This document shows, one piece after another, positions 15,383-23,783 of a DNA stretch of 24,000 nucleotides; within the stretch, counting starts at the first letter, position 1; each line of letters starts with the position of its first letter. The position numbers were made by a program, and so were the translations under genes. The notes below the pieces were generated by a model. The model was not told the DNA's origin. It saw only the letters and a list, made by a program, of their open reading frames with translations, and searched no databases. Origin of the DNA: Nitrospirota bacterium (GTDB lineage: Bacteria > Nitrospirota > Thermodesulfovibrionia > Thermodesulfovibrionales > UBA6898); NCBI GenBank assembly GCA_016235245.1, contig JACRLO010000025.1, positions 12,935-36,934 of the forward strand, in the 5' to 3' direction.

Positions 15383-17086
15383 TTACTTGCTTGTGGTCGG
15401 AGAAACGCCTGCAGTTTTGGCTGCAATTGCATCATTGACGATCTTAATGCCCTTTATTGAATCATCAACTGATTTGGTGAGTGATTCACGAGCCATCTCG
15501 GGATTATGGAAGCCGTCAGAATTTTCAGCAGTCCAGTATTCCCAGAGTATATGTGCTCTTAGATGCTGATCCTGAGCCTGCTTGATCACTTCATCACTAA
15601 GTCCGATCCTCTTACCCTCTACGATCTTATCGATAAGAGCCGACAAATGGAACTCGGCCTTTCTCATCTTTCCTCTTATATGTGCCTTGACTGAATCAAT
15701 GGAATAGCGGGCCATTTCTTCTGTCCATTTAGGATGGCATTTCAAGCATGTCTCCTTGAGCTGGACCTTGGGAGTGACCGCAAAGTGTGATGTGTACACT
15801 TTGCCGGCCTTGTTTTTCAACTTCGGTGTATGGCAACCATCGCAGCCTACCCCTGCCTTTGAATGCTTTGAATTGTAATAAGTTTCTGACTCGGGGTGCT
15901 GGGCCTTCCAGAGCAGTCCGCCAGTCAATCCGTGCTTGAAATCAAGAAAACTGACCTGATTCATATAGTGGTCATAGAGGCCAAATACATCTTTGTAAGG
16001 GAAATGGTTTGTCCTCTGATCAGCCATTGTCACTGAATACTTCGAGGTATCCGTATTTTTTGGATCATACCCTGGATTACAATTGTACTCAACATGGCAC
16101 TGACCGCACTGCAGCTTTGTGTCGTATTTATCCAGAAGTGCGATTTTTCTGGTGAAGCCCCTGACTCCCATATCAATGACCTTGATGTTGGTATGCTTCG
16201 GGTCTTTGTGCCAGAGCGTATCAGCCTCTTTTCTGGTAAGGGCCTGGATAAGGCCGTCCCGCACGATCCTCGGCTTTGCGGCATGCGGGTCATGGCAGGT
16301 GATGCAGTTAAGTCCGTGCTGCAGATCTTTTACGAACTCTACGACATTGGATGTCCGGTCCCAGGTTGTCTTGCCTTCTACCTTGTCCCCCATATAGGAC
16401 CACTTAAGTATCTGGTCCTGGGTCTTGCACTGCATGCAGACCGGGTTTGCTGCAGCAGCGGTCTGTGGAATAAACGTCTTCTGCTCCTTGTTATCTGGAT
16501 ATTTGTCCACGAGCACATCCCATACCTTGCCTTTGTCAAAGATATAGTTCCATCCGTTTTTACCTTGAAACCTTCCACCGAAGGCACGATCAACTACGAA
16601 CTGATCGACAAGCATATTAATGTGACTCCTTGTAGTGTTATGTTCTTTTGTAAATCCGTGACCTGCCATGAGTTTGTCCCAGTAAGGGTTCGGGGACCTG
16701 CTGGTTAACTGCGATTTTTCATCTCGGGCTGGGCGATGATATGCCTCTTGCATGAAACTTTCGAGCTGATCCTTATGGCATTGCCCGCAGGCCTCCCACG
16801 AAAGATTGGTGCCTGGTCTCGTGTCAGCACTAGGCGATTTCAAGTGTTTTTCGAGTCCACTGTGGCACTTGATACAGTTTAGCTTGGCATGCTTCCCCAT
16901 CTTGTGCAGATCCTTGACCGGCGCGTGGCAGCCATAACAGACGTCAACCTTTACATCCTTCTCTCCGGACTTCGCCTCAGCTGACTTCGCTGGTTTGTAC
17001 TTCTCTGCGTCGGCGATTGTGTAATACATTCCTGCCATCATTACGGCTACGACCAATACTAATACTGCATAAATCTTCCTTTTCAT
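15383..17086 (-). CDS. membrane-anchored octaheme cytochrome c nitrite reductase (NrfA/ONR, TvNiR-like family)
   Basis: 567 aa with an N-terminal TM anchor. Seven CxxCH sites (CYGCH, CIKCH, CGQCH, CITCH, CGQCH, CDGCH, CLKCH) plus one CxxCK (CMQCK), the lysine-ligated catalytic heme hallmark of NrfA-type ammonifying nitrite reductases. NrfA-like blocks HPESETYYNSKHSKAGVGCDGCHTPK and AHILWEYWTAENSDGFHNPEMA. SD AAGGAGGGTG. Confidence 0.85.
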   Translation of the reverse strand: MKRKIYAVLVLVVAVMMAGMYYTIADAEKYKPAKSAEAKSGEKDVKVDVCYGCHAPVKDLHKMGKHAKLNCIKCHSGLEKHLKSPSADTRPGTNLSWEACGQCHKDQLESFMQEAYHRPARDEKSQLTSRSPNPYWDKLMAGHGFTKEHNTTRSHINMLVDQFVVDRAFGGRFQGKNGWNYIFDKGKVWDVLVDKYPDNKEQKTFIPQTAAAANPVCMQCKTQDQILKWSYMGDKVEGKTTWDRTSNVVEFVKDLQHGLNCITCHDPHAAKPRIVRDGLIQALTRKEADTLWHKDPKHTNIKVIDMGVRGFTRKIALLDKYDTKLQCGQCHVEYNCNPGYDPKNTDTSKYSVTMADQRTNHFPYKDVFGLYDHYMNQVSFLDFKHGLTGGLLWKAQHPESETYYNSKHSKAGVGCDGCHTPKLKNKAGKVYTSHFAVTPKVQLKETCLKCHPKWTEEMARYSIDSVKAHIRGKMRKAEFHLSALIDKIVEGKRIGLSDEVIKQAQDQHLRAHILWEYWTAENSDGFHNPEMARESLTKSVDDSIKGIKIVNDAIAAKTAGVSPTTSK

Positions 17087-17196
17087 TGCACCCTCCTTAG
17101 TGTGGTTATTAATACGAGAATTTGTGCTGCAATTTTTTTGCTTTATCGTCTCATTTCAGCTCAGTATTGAGGCCCTTGACTCAGACTCTTCCAACA

Positions 17197-17216
17197 TACT
17201 GTATGTACACACAGTA
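17197..17216. promoter_or_regulatory. 20-bp near-perfect palindrome, candidate operator upstream of the octaheme nitrite reductase gene
   Basis: TACTGTATGTACACACAGTA: 9 of 10 positions pair (CTGT-N8-ACAG core). It lies 111-130 nt upstream of the start codon. On the minus strand it sits immediately downstream of TTGACT-N16-TAGACT and a very AT-rich tract (17225-17290). Confidence 0.3.
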
Positions 17217-17538
17217 CAAGTCTATCAAGCTATAATTTATAGTCAATTTAATAATATTTATATAAATGAAACTTTATAAATAATTATCGTAGTTGCTTGA
17301 TACTATGCTCTTTGTACGTGACTTTCTATGATATGCGTCATATTCTGCCACTGTTTTGTTGTATAAAATTGGCTTTTGTCTGAAGCGGAAACGATTTATG
17401 ACTGGAGATACTCTACAGGTCACGCTAAAGGGAAATTAGGGCGAGTTTACTACAGAGGAGGAAAGACATTATCTGAATTACTTTATTAAATACTTTGCGG
17501 TGTCAGCGCACCTGTTATTGTGGCGAAGTAAAAACAGC

Positions 17539-17577
17539 TAAGGGCTCTTGCGAGCCCTTATTTATTTACAGTTTTTT
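17539..17577. terminator. bidirectional rho-independent terminator (end of the rpoA-rplQ operon; may also end a plus-strand transcript)
   Basis: TAAGGGCTC-TTGC-GAGCCCTTA, a 9-bp GC-rich stem. It is followed by ATTTATTTACAGTTTTTT on the plus strand and preceded by GTAAAAACAGC, which gives GCTGTTTTTAC after the stem on the minus strand. Confidence 0.6.
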
Positions 17578-17701
17578 CTCTCTTTGCCCGATACCTTCGG
17601 GGTTGGTACAGCTCAGGTCGGAACCCCAAGTCTAGGGAAGACATAAACCTGCAGTATAATCCAGGCTGCGATAATGCCGATTCCTACAAGCAGGTCGTGC
17701 A

Positions 17702-18127
17702 CTAATCTTTCTTCTCGGCCTTGCTGGCCTTGTCTGCTTTTGCAGCCTTACCCTTTGGCTTCTTGACAGCCTCATAATCAATGAACTCGAGAATTGCCAT
17801 CGGTGCAGAGTCCTTGAGCCTCTGTCTGGTCTGGACAAGCCTGAGATAACCACCCGGCCTTCCGGCAAAGCGGGGAGCTATCTCATTGAAGAGCTTGGAT
17901 GCAACATCCCTCGCGGTTACATACGAGAGAACCTGCCTCTTTGAGTGAAGATCTCCCTTGATTCCGAATGTGATCATTTTCTCCGCGATTCTTTTTGCTT
18001 CTTTTGCCTTAGCAACGGTTGTTTCAATCCTTTGGTTCTCAAAAAGTGCTGTTACAATACATCGCAACAATGCCTTCCTCTGGTTCGAAGGCCGTCCGAA
18101 TAGTCTTCCATCTACCTTGTGACGCAT
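17702..18127 (-). CDS. rplQ: 50S ribosomal protein L17
   Basis: [43 protein letters not shown] is the canonical L17 N terminus. Lys/Ala-rich C-terminal tail. Follows rpoA. Confidence 0.95.
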   Translation of the reverse strand: MRHKVDGRLFGRPSNQRKALLRCIVTALFENQRIETTVAKAKEAKRIAEKMITFGIKGDLHSKRQVLSYVTARDVASKLFNEIAPRFAGRPGGYLRLVQTRQRLKDSAPMAILEFIDYEAVKKPKGKAAKADKASKAEKKD

Positions 18128-18157
18128 GATATCTATTTCCTCCGGTCTTTGTGACGC

Positions 18158-19150
18158 TTATTTGCCATTTGTATCGGCATCTATCTTCATGCCGAGGTGG
18201 AGTCCCATTCTGCTCAGGATCTCCTTGATCTCATTAAGAGACTTTCTTCCGAAATTCTTTGTCTTGAGCATCTCAGGTTCACTCTTCTGTACAAGCTCCG
18301 AAATAGTCTTAATATCGGCATTCTTCAGGCAGTTATAGGAACGGACTGAAAGCTCAAGCTCATCAACAGTCTTATTAAGATTCGGATTAGAACCGGAAAT
18401 ACTTGGCCCCTCTCCGGTTTCCGAGGCTTCTAATTGAACAGTCTCATACTCTTCATCAGCCACAAAAATATCCATATGATCGATCAAAATCGAAGCTGCA
18501 TCGGAAAGAGCCCGTTGCGGGATCACACTTCCGTCTGTCCAGATCTCAAGGATAAGCCTGTCATAGTCAGTCGCCTCTTTAACTCTTGTCTTCTCTACAT
18601 CAAACTTCACTTTTCTGATCGGAGAAAAAGCTGCATCCACAGCAATCATGCCGACAGGGAGGTCTTCCTTCTTGCCATATTCAGACGAGAGATAGCCCTT
18701 GCCTTTTTTTATGTACACTTCGGCATTGAAATTCGCATTTTTATCAAGCGTCGCAATCGCCTGCTCCGGATTCAGGACTTCAATGGAGGAATCACTCTGC
18801 AGATCTGCACCGGTCACGAGCGCAGGCCCTTTGACATTAAACTGGGCTATTTTACTGGTATCGCCATGAGATTTGAACCTCAACTTCTTCAGATTGAGGA
18901 TAATATCGATCGTATCTTCCTTGATGCCGTTTATGGATGAGAATTCATGAAGCGCGCCAGAGACCTTCACTGACGTTATGGCTGCGCCTTCAAGAGAAGA
19001 AAGGAGCACCCTCCTTAAGGCGTTACCTAACGTAACTCCGAAACCGCGTTCAAGGGGCTCAACGACAATCTTGCCGTAGGTGTCTGTTAATGTCTCTTCA
19101 TCAAACCTGATCTTCTCAGGTAGCTGAAAGCCTTTTTTCTTCAGGTTCAT
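18158..19150 (-). CDS. rpoA: DNA-directed RNA polymerase subunit alpha
   Basis: 330 aa. [28 protein letters not shown] in the N-terminal domain. The C-terminal domain reads [23 protein letters not shown]...[18 protein letters not shown]. Confidence 0.96.
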   Translation of the reverse strand: MNLKKKGFQLPEKIRFDEETLTDTYGKIVVEPLERGFGVTLGNALRRVLLSSLEGAAITSVKVSGALHEFSSINGIKEDTIDIILNLKKLRFKSHGDTSKIAQFNVKGPALVTGADLQSDSSIEVLNPEQAIATLDKNANFNAEVYIKKGKGYLSSEYGKKEDLPVGMIAVDAAFSPIRKVKFDVEKTRVKEATDYDRLILEIWTDGSVIPQRALSDAASILIDHMDIFVADEEYETVQLEASETGEGPSISGSNPNLNKTVDELELSVRSYNCLKNADIKTISELVQKSEPEMLKTKNFGRKSLNEIKEILSRMGLHLGMKIDADTNGK

Positions 19151-19226
19151 CAGGCCTCCCGTATCTTAAATTTATATTTCAATGTATGGTTGATATTCGT
19201 TATCAATGATAAACCCGTCGCCGGCA

Positions 19227-19853
19227 TTACTTTGAGTAGAGCTCAACGATAAGCTGTTCATTCGCCGTTAACTGAATATCTTCCCTTGTAGGCACCTGCG
19301 TGACCTTCCCCTTAAAGCTCTGGAAATCCATCTCGAGCCACACGGGAACGCCGCGGTGCTCCATCTTGGAGATATTGTCATTTATGATTACGATATTCCT
19401 GCTAGCTTCCTTGAGTTCCACAACATCCCCTACACGGACAGCAAATGAGGCGATATCAACCTTTTTGCCGTTGACAAGAAAATGGCCATGGGTAACGAGT
19501 TGCCGGGCGCTGTTTCTGTTGGGCGCAAATCCCATTCTGTAAACCACATTGTCCAGCCGCGACTCAAGAAGCTGCAACAACACTTCTCCGGTAACCCCTT
19601 TCTTGCGCTCTGCCCTGCCAAAGGCAGTTCTGAACTGCTTTTCAAGAAGACCATAAATTTTTCTTACTTTCTGTTTTTCCCTGAGCTGAACTCCATAGTC
19701 AGAAAGCTTGCTCCTGCGCTGTCCATGTTGTCCCGGAGGATACTGCCTCCTCTCAATAGCGCACTTTTCTGTATAGCATCTATCCCCTTTAAGGAAAAGC
19801 TTTTCAGCTTCCCTGCGGCAGATCCTGCATAATGCTCCTGAATATCTAGCCAA
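19227..19853 (-). CDS. rpsD: 30S ribosomal protein S4
   Basis: (M)[30 protein letters not shown] is the S4 N terminus with a zinc-ribbon-like Cys pattern. I place the start at the TTG at 19853: GGAGGAGAG lies 6 nt upstream and it is 1 nt after the rpsK stop, giving 208 aa. The ORF-track ATG at 19910 lies inside rpsK. Confidence 0.9.
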   Translation of the reverse strand: MARYSGALCRICRREAEKLFLKGDRCYTEKCAIERRQYPPGQHGQRRSKLSDYGVQLREKQKVRKIYGLLEKQFRTAFGRAERKKGVTGEVLLQLLESRLDNVVYRMGFAPNRNSARQLVTHGHFLVNGKKVDIASFAVRVGDVVELKEASRNIVIINDNISKMEHRGVPVWLEMDFQSFKGKVTQVPTREDIQLTANEQLIVELYSK

Positions 19854-19854
19854 T

Positions 19855-20241
19855 TTACACTCTCCTCCTCTTCGGCGGCCTGCATCCATTGTGAGGCACG
19901 GGGGTAACATCCTTGATGAGATTGATATCGAGACCGGCAGCCTGAAGTGCCCTAATGGCTGACTCTCTGCCCGATCCAGGGCCTTTCACATATACGTCAA
20001 CCTGCTTCATGCCGGCATCGACAGCCTTCTTTGCCGCTGCTTCAGCAGCCATTTGCGCCGCATAAGGCGTGCCCTTCCTTGATCCTTTGAACCCCATATG
20101 GCCGGCGCTTGCCCATGTTATAACACCACCAATCTGATCCGTTATGGTCACGATAGTATTATTAAACGTCGCCTGTATGTAAGCAGCACCAGAGCTGATG
20201 CTTTTTCTATCTCTCTTGATGCCTTTCTTCTTCTGTGTCAT
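19855..20241 (-). CDS. rpsK: 30S ribosomal protein S11
   Basis: 128 aa. [44 protein letters not shown] and the C-terminal [18 protein letters not shown] are canonical S11. Confidence 0.96.
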   Translation of the reverse strand: MTQKKKGIKRDRKSISSGAAYIQATFNNTIVTITDQIGGVITWASAGHMGFKGSRKGTPYAAQMAAEAAAKKAVDAGMKQVDVYVKGPGSGRESAIRALQAAGLDINLIKDVTPVPHNGCRPPKRRRV

Positions 20242-20244
20242 CCT

Positions 20245-20619
20245 CTATGCCTCCTTCTTCTTGCCGACTACCGCTTTTCTCGGACCTTTTCTCGTGCGAG
20301 CGTTCGTCTTGGTCCGTTGCCCTCTGCACGGCAAACCGGCTCTGTGCCTTGTCCCCCGGTAACAGCCGATATCCGTGAGTCGCTTAACACTCAGAGAAAT
20401 GTCGCGGCGCAGGTCGCCCTCGACCCTGTAGTCCCTCTCAAGCACGGCCCTTATCTTGACCGTATCCTCATCAGTAAGATTCTTTACTCTGGTGTCGGGG
20501 TTCACACCTGCTTCATTAAGTATCTTTTTCGAGTGCGGACGGCCGATACCGAAAATCCTTGTGAGACCTATCTCGATTCGCTCGTTCTTGGGCAAATCAA
20601 CTCCGGCGATTCTTGCCAA
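20245..20619 (-). CDS. rpsM: 30S ribosomal protein S13
   Basis: [34 protein letters not shown] and [27 protein letters not shown] are canonical S13. Confidence 0.96.
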   Translation of the reverse strand: MARIAGVDLPKNERIEIGLTRIFGIGRPHSKKILNEAGVNPDTRVKNLTDEDTVKIRAVLERDYRVEGDLRRDISLSVKRLTDIGCYRGTRHRAGLPCRGQRTKTNARTRKGPRKAVVGKKKEA

Positions 20620-20635
20620 TTGAAACCTCCTTAAC

Positions 20636-20749
20636 TTAACCCTGGCGCTGTTTGTGCTTCGGGTTGTCGCAAATAATTCTGATTACACCTTTTCTCTTTA
20701 TTACCGAACACTTAGAACAGATTGGTTTTACTGATGATCTGACCTTCAT
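20636..20749 (-). CDS. rpmJ: 50S ribosomal protein L36
   Basis: Not in the ORF track because it is under 60 aa. Manual translation of the minus strand gives [41 protein letters not shown] (37 aa), the canonical Zn-ribbon L36. It sits between infA and rpsM, as expected. Confidence 0.9.
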   Translation of the reverse strand: MKVRSSVKPICSKCSVIKRKGVIRIICDNPKHKQRQG

Positions 20750-20768
20750 ACGCTATCTCCTTCAGTTC

Positions 20769-20987
20769 CTATTTAAACCTGTAAGTAATTCTCCCCCTGG
20801 TTAAATCGTAGGGGGAAAGCTCAAGCGTAACCTTGTCGCCCGGAAGTATCTTTATGAAATTCATCCTCATCTTGCCTGATACATAGGACAGTATGACCTG
20901 GCCATTTTCCAGCTCCACCCTGAACATTGCATTTGGCAGAGTTTCCACTATTGTTCCCTGAACTTCAATATTATCTTCTTTCGCCAT
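20769..20987 (-). CDS. infA: translation initiation factor IF-1
   Basis: 72 aa. [72 protein letters not shown] is canonical IF-1 with an S1-like fold. Confidence 0.97.
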   Translation of the reverse strand: MAKEDNIEVQGTIVETLPNAMFRVELENGQVILSYVSGKMRMNFIKILPGDKVTLELSPYDLTRGRITYRFK

Positions 20988-21008
20988 AGAACGACAATTA
21001 TACCCACT

Positions 21009-21758
21009 TTAATGAAATTTAGTCAATATTCTTGCCCTGTCGGGCATAACCACAATCGTATGCTCATAATGCGCTGACCGCCTGCCGTCCACAGTAACTG
21101 CGGTCCAGCCATCCTCCAAAACTCTTACCTCAAAGGTCCCGGCATTTATCATAGGCTCGATAGCAAGTGTCATCCCCTCTCTCAATCGGGGACCATGCCC
21201 GGGAGCCCCAAAATTTGGCACCTGCGGTTCCTCATGCAGTTGACGACCAATGCCATGCCCCACAAAGGTCCTAACAACGGAAAATCCATACTGTTCAGCA
21301 TGGTTCTGTATGGCATGCGAAATATCACTTACCCGGTTTCCAACAACAGCCTTATCTATGCCGCAGTATAAAGCTTCTTCCGTCACTTTCATAAGCAAGG
21401 CAGCTTCCTCGTCGATTTTACCGACAGGGAACGTATAGGCAGCATCGCCAAAAAAACCTTTATACAAGACGCCTAAGTCTACACTGATTATGTCCCCCTC
21501 TTTCAGCTTTCTGGAAGACGGGATACCATGCACAACTTCTTCGTTGAGCGAAGCGCAGATGCTCGATGGGTAGCCCCTGTATCCCCTGAAAGCGGATTTT
21601 CCACCGAGAGACTTGATTCGGTCGTCAGCAAATTGCTCTATATCTCTTGTCGTTGCACCGACCGCAATGACCTTTTTCAGTGATCCCATCACTTCAGCTA
21701 CGATCTGGCCGGCCAGCGCCATAATCTCTACCTCTTGAGGAGACTTAAGATAAATCAC
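21009..21758 (-). CDS. map: type I methionine aminopeptidase
   Basis: 249 aa with a GTG start and GAGGGA SD. The metal-ligand blocks are present: DIISVDLGVLYKGFFGDAAYTF, FVGHGIG, LAIEPM, AHYEHTIVV. Confidence 0.94.
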   Translation of the reverse strand: MIYLKSPQEVEIMALAGQIVAEVMGSLKKVIAVGATTRDIEQFADDRIKSLGGKSAFRGYRGYPSSICASLNEEVVHGIPSSRKLKEGDIISVDLGVLYKGFFGDAAYTFPVGKIDEEAALLMKVTEEALYCGIDKAVVGNRVSDISHAIQNHAEQYGFSVVRTFVGHGIGRQLHEEPQVPNFGAPGHGPRLREGMTLAIEPMINAGTFEVRVLEDGWTAVTVDGRRSAHYEHTIVVMPDRARILTKFH

Positions 21759-21835
21759 CTAATCCCTCAAGCAAGGCAATGCTTTTTCTATCCTCATACT
21801 CAGTATTATCTCTAATCAGCCTAATATACTCAGGC

Positions 21836-23143
21836 CTAATTTTTTCTTCCCCTGATCCTGCCTTTTTTCAAAAAACCTTCGTATGAGCGGGTAACGAGAT
21901 GTGACTCAATCTGAGATACCGTATCAAGCGCTACGCCAACTGCAATAAGGAGTGATGTCCCCCCAAAGTAAAACGGGACGTTAAATCTCCGTATCAGCAC
22001 TTCCGGTATGACGCACACGACAGCCAAATAAATAGCGCCAACAAATGTTAATCTCGAAAGAACTTTGTAGAGATATTCCGATGTTTTTTGACCTGGTCTG
22101 ATACCCGGGACAAAGCCGCCATATTTTTTGAGATTATCGGCAATGTCAACAGGATTAAATACAATTGCGGTATAGAAGTATGCGAAAAAGAATATCATGC
22201 TTACATAGAGCATCGTATATATAACAGTTCCGGGTGAAAGCTGCTTTGCAAAAGCTTGTACCCAAGGAATCTCAATAAACCCGGCGACAGTCGCAGGAAA
22301 CATAATAATCGATGAGGCAAATATCGGCGGAATTACGCCAGCCGTATTAACCTTCAGCGGCAGATGCGTAGACTGGCCTCCATAGACTTTTTTGCCCACA
22401 ACGCGTTTAGCATATTGCACGGGTATTTTTCTCTGCCCTCGTTCGAGCATAATAATAGCAGCAACAACACCCACCATCATTACAACAAGAAATATCACAA
22501 AAAAGAGATTCAGCTCACCGGCCTGTATGAGACGGATAGTACTGATGATTGCATTAGGAAACCTGGCAACAATACCTGCGAAGATAATAAGTGAAATTCC
22601 GTTTCCAATACCGCGCTCCGTAATCTGCTCGCCAAGCCACATGATGAAAGCAGTGCCAGACGTAAGCGTAATCATGGTAATCAGCTTAAAGGCAATGCCT
22701 GGATTTTGTACAAATAAGCCACCCTGCATCTTCTCAAGTCCTGCTGCGATGCCAAATGATTGTATCGCAGCGATGAGCACTGTGCCATATCGCGTATATT
22801 TCACGATCTTTTTCCTGCCAGCCTCGCCTTCCTTCGCGAGTTTGCCGATGGACGGGATAACCACAGTCAGAAGTTGCATAATAATCGATGCACTAATGTA
22901 GGGCATGATACCAAGCGCGAATATGGTGACCCTTGAGAGTGCGCCTCCCGAGAACATATCGAAAAATCCCATAAATGCCCCGGCGTTCTGGGTGAGAAAC
23001 TTGCTCAGCTCTTCACCATTAATTCCAGGAGTGGGGATGTGGCAGCCTATTCTGTATACCGTAAGGAGCGCAAGGGTAAAGAATATGCGGTTCTTAAGCT
23101 CCTCGACCTTAAATATGTTCTGAATTCTTGAAAGAAAAGTCAA
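21836..23143 (-). CDS. secY: preprotein translocase subunit SecY
   Basis: IFFTLALLTVYRIGCHIPTPGI, IFALGIMPYISASIIMQLL, GRKKIVKYTRYGTV and GGTSLLIAVGVALD are canonical SecY. The probable start is the TTG at 23143, which is 1 nt after the rplO stop and has GGCAGAGGTG upstream, giving 435 aa. The ORF-track ATG at 23179 lies inside rplO. Confidence 0.93.
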   Translation of the reverse strand: MTFLSRIQNIFKVEELKNRIFFTLALLTVYRIGCHIPTPGINGEELSKFLTQNAGAFMGFFDMFSGGALSRVTIFALGIMPYISASIIMQLLTVVIPSIGKLAKEGEAGRKKIVKYTRYGTVLIAAIQSFGIAAGLEKMQGGLFVQNPGIAFKLITMITLTSGTAFIMWLGEQITERGIGNGISLIIFAGIVARFPNAIISTIRLIQAGELNLFFVIFLVVMMVGVVAAIIMLERGQRKIPVQYAKRVVGKKVYGGQSTHLPLKVNTAGVIPPIFASSIIMFPATVAGFIEIPWVQAFAKQLSPGTVIYTMLYVSMIFFFAYFYTAIVFNPVDIADNLKKYGGFVPGIRPGQKTSEYLYKVLSRLTFVGAIYLAVVCVIPEVLIRRFNVPFYFGGTSLLIAVGVALDTVSQIESHLVTRSYEGFLKKGRIRGRKN

Positions 23144-23144
23144 G

Positions 23145-23585
23145 CTATAACACCTCTGCCTTTCCGCCGGCTGCCTCAATTTTCGCGGCAGCAGATGCGC
23201 TAAATATCATAGCTTTGACCGTCACAGGTCCCTGAACGGAGCCGTTACCGAGAACTTTAAGCCCACTCTTCATGTTCTTAATGACCCCCTTACTATAAAG
23301 CAGTTCAGGAGTGATTGTGCCTTCTGATCTCAGTTTTTCAATGGCATCAAGATTCACAATAGCGTACTCGACGCCGAAGTTGTTCGTAAAACCCCTTTTC
23401 GGCACTCTTCTCTGGAGCGGCATCTGACCGCCCTCAAAGCCGGCACCCTTAGGTCCCCCAGAGCGGGCTTTTTGGCCCTTGTGCCCCTTACAGGAAGTTT
23501 TACCATGGCCCGAGCCAACTCCTCGTCCAACCCTCTTTCTTCTTTTCCTGCTTCCCTCAGCAGGCTGTATATCTTCTATTCTCAT
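23145..23585 (-). CDS. rplO: 50S ribosomal protein L15
   Basis: 146 aa. [29 protein letters not shown]...[18 protein letters not shown] is canonical L15. Confidence 0.96.
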   Translation of the reverse strand: MRIEDIQPAEGSRKRRKRVGRGVGSGHGKTSCKGHKGQKARSGGPKGAGFEGGQMPLQRRVPKRGFTNNFGVEYAIVNLDAIEKLRSEGTITPELLYSKGVIKNMKSGLKVLGNGSVQGPVTVKAMIFSASAAAKIEAAGGKAEVL

Positions 23586-23603
23586 AGGACGCCAACCTCC
23601 TGA

Positions 23604-23783
23604 TTATTTATCTACTCGTTCCACTGCCACGAGATGAGAGACTTTGTGAACCATTCCCTTGATTGCTTCATTTTCTGCCTGCGTAACACTTCTACCGATC
23701 TTTTTCAGACCGAGCGATGCAAGAACCTTCCGCTGCTTCTCGGGAATTCCGATATAGCTTCTCTTTAATGTTATCTTCAGCAT
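23604..23783 (-). CDS. rpmD: 50S ribosomal protein L30
   Basis: Not in the ORF track. Manual translation gives [63 protein letters not shown] (59 aa), canonical L30. Its ATG overlaps the rpsE stop (TGATG). SD CAGGAGG. Confidence 0.88.
   Translation of the reverse strand: MLKITLKRSYIGIPEKQRKVLASLGLKKIGRSVTQAENEAIKGMVHKVSHLVAVERVDK

Noticed and set aside
17197-17216. Calling the CTGT-N8-ACAG palindrome a bona fide LexA SOS box.
   Set aside because: It lies upstream of a respiratory nitrite reductase, not a DNA-repair gene, and no lexA, recA or other SOS genes are in the window. That consensus is specific to gamma- and betaproteobacteria, whereas the gene content here points to a different, anaerobic lineage. 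It is kept only as a generic candidate operator.
19151-19226. The inverted repeat TTGATA-TTCGT-TATCAA (about 19189-19205) between rpsD and rpoA, considered as an S4 autoregulatory structure.
   Set aside because: It is a short, AT-only 6-bp stem with marginal stability. Known S4 translational control acts at the operon leader near rpsM, not here.
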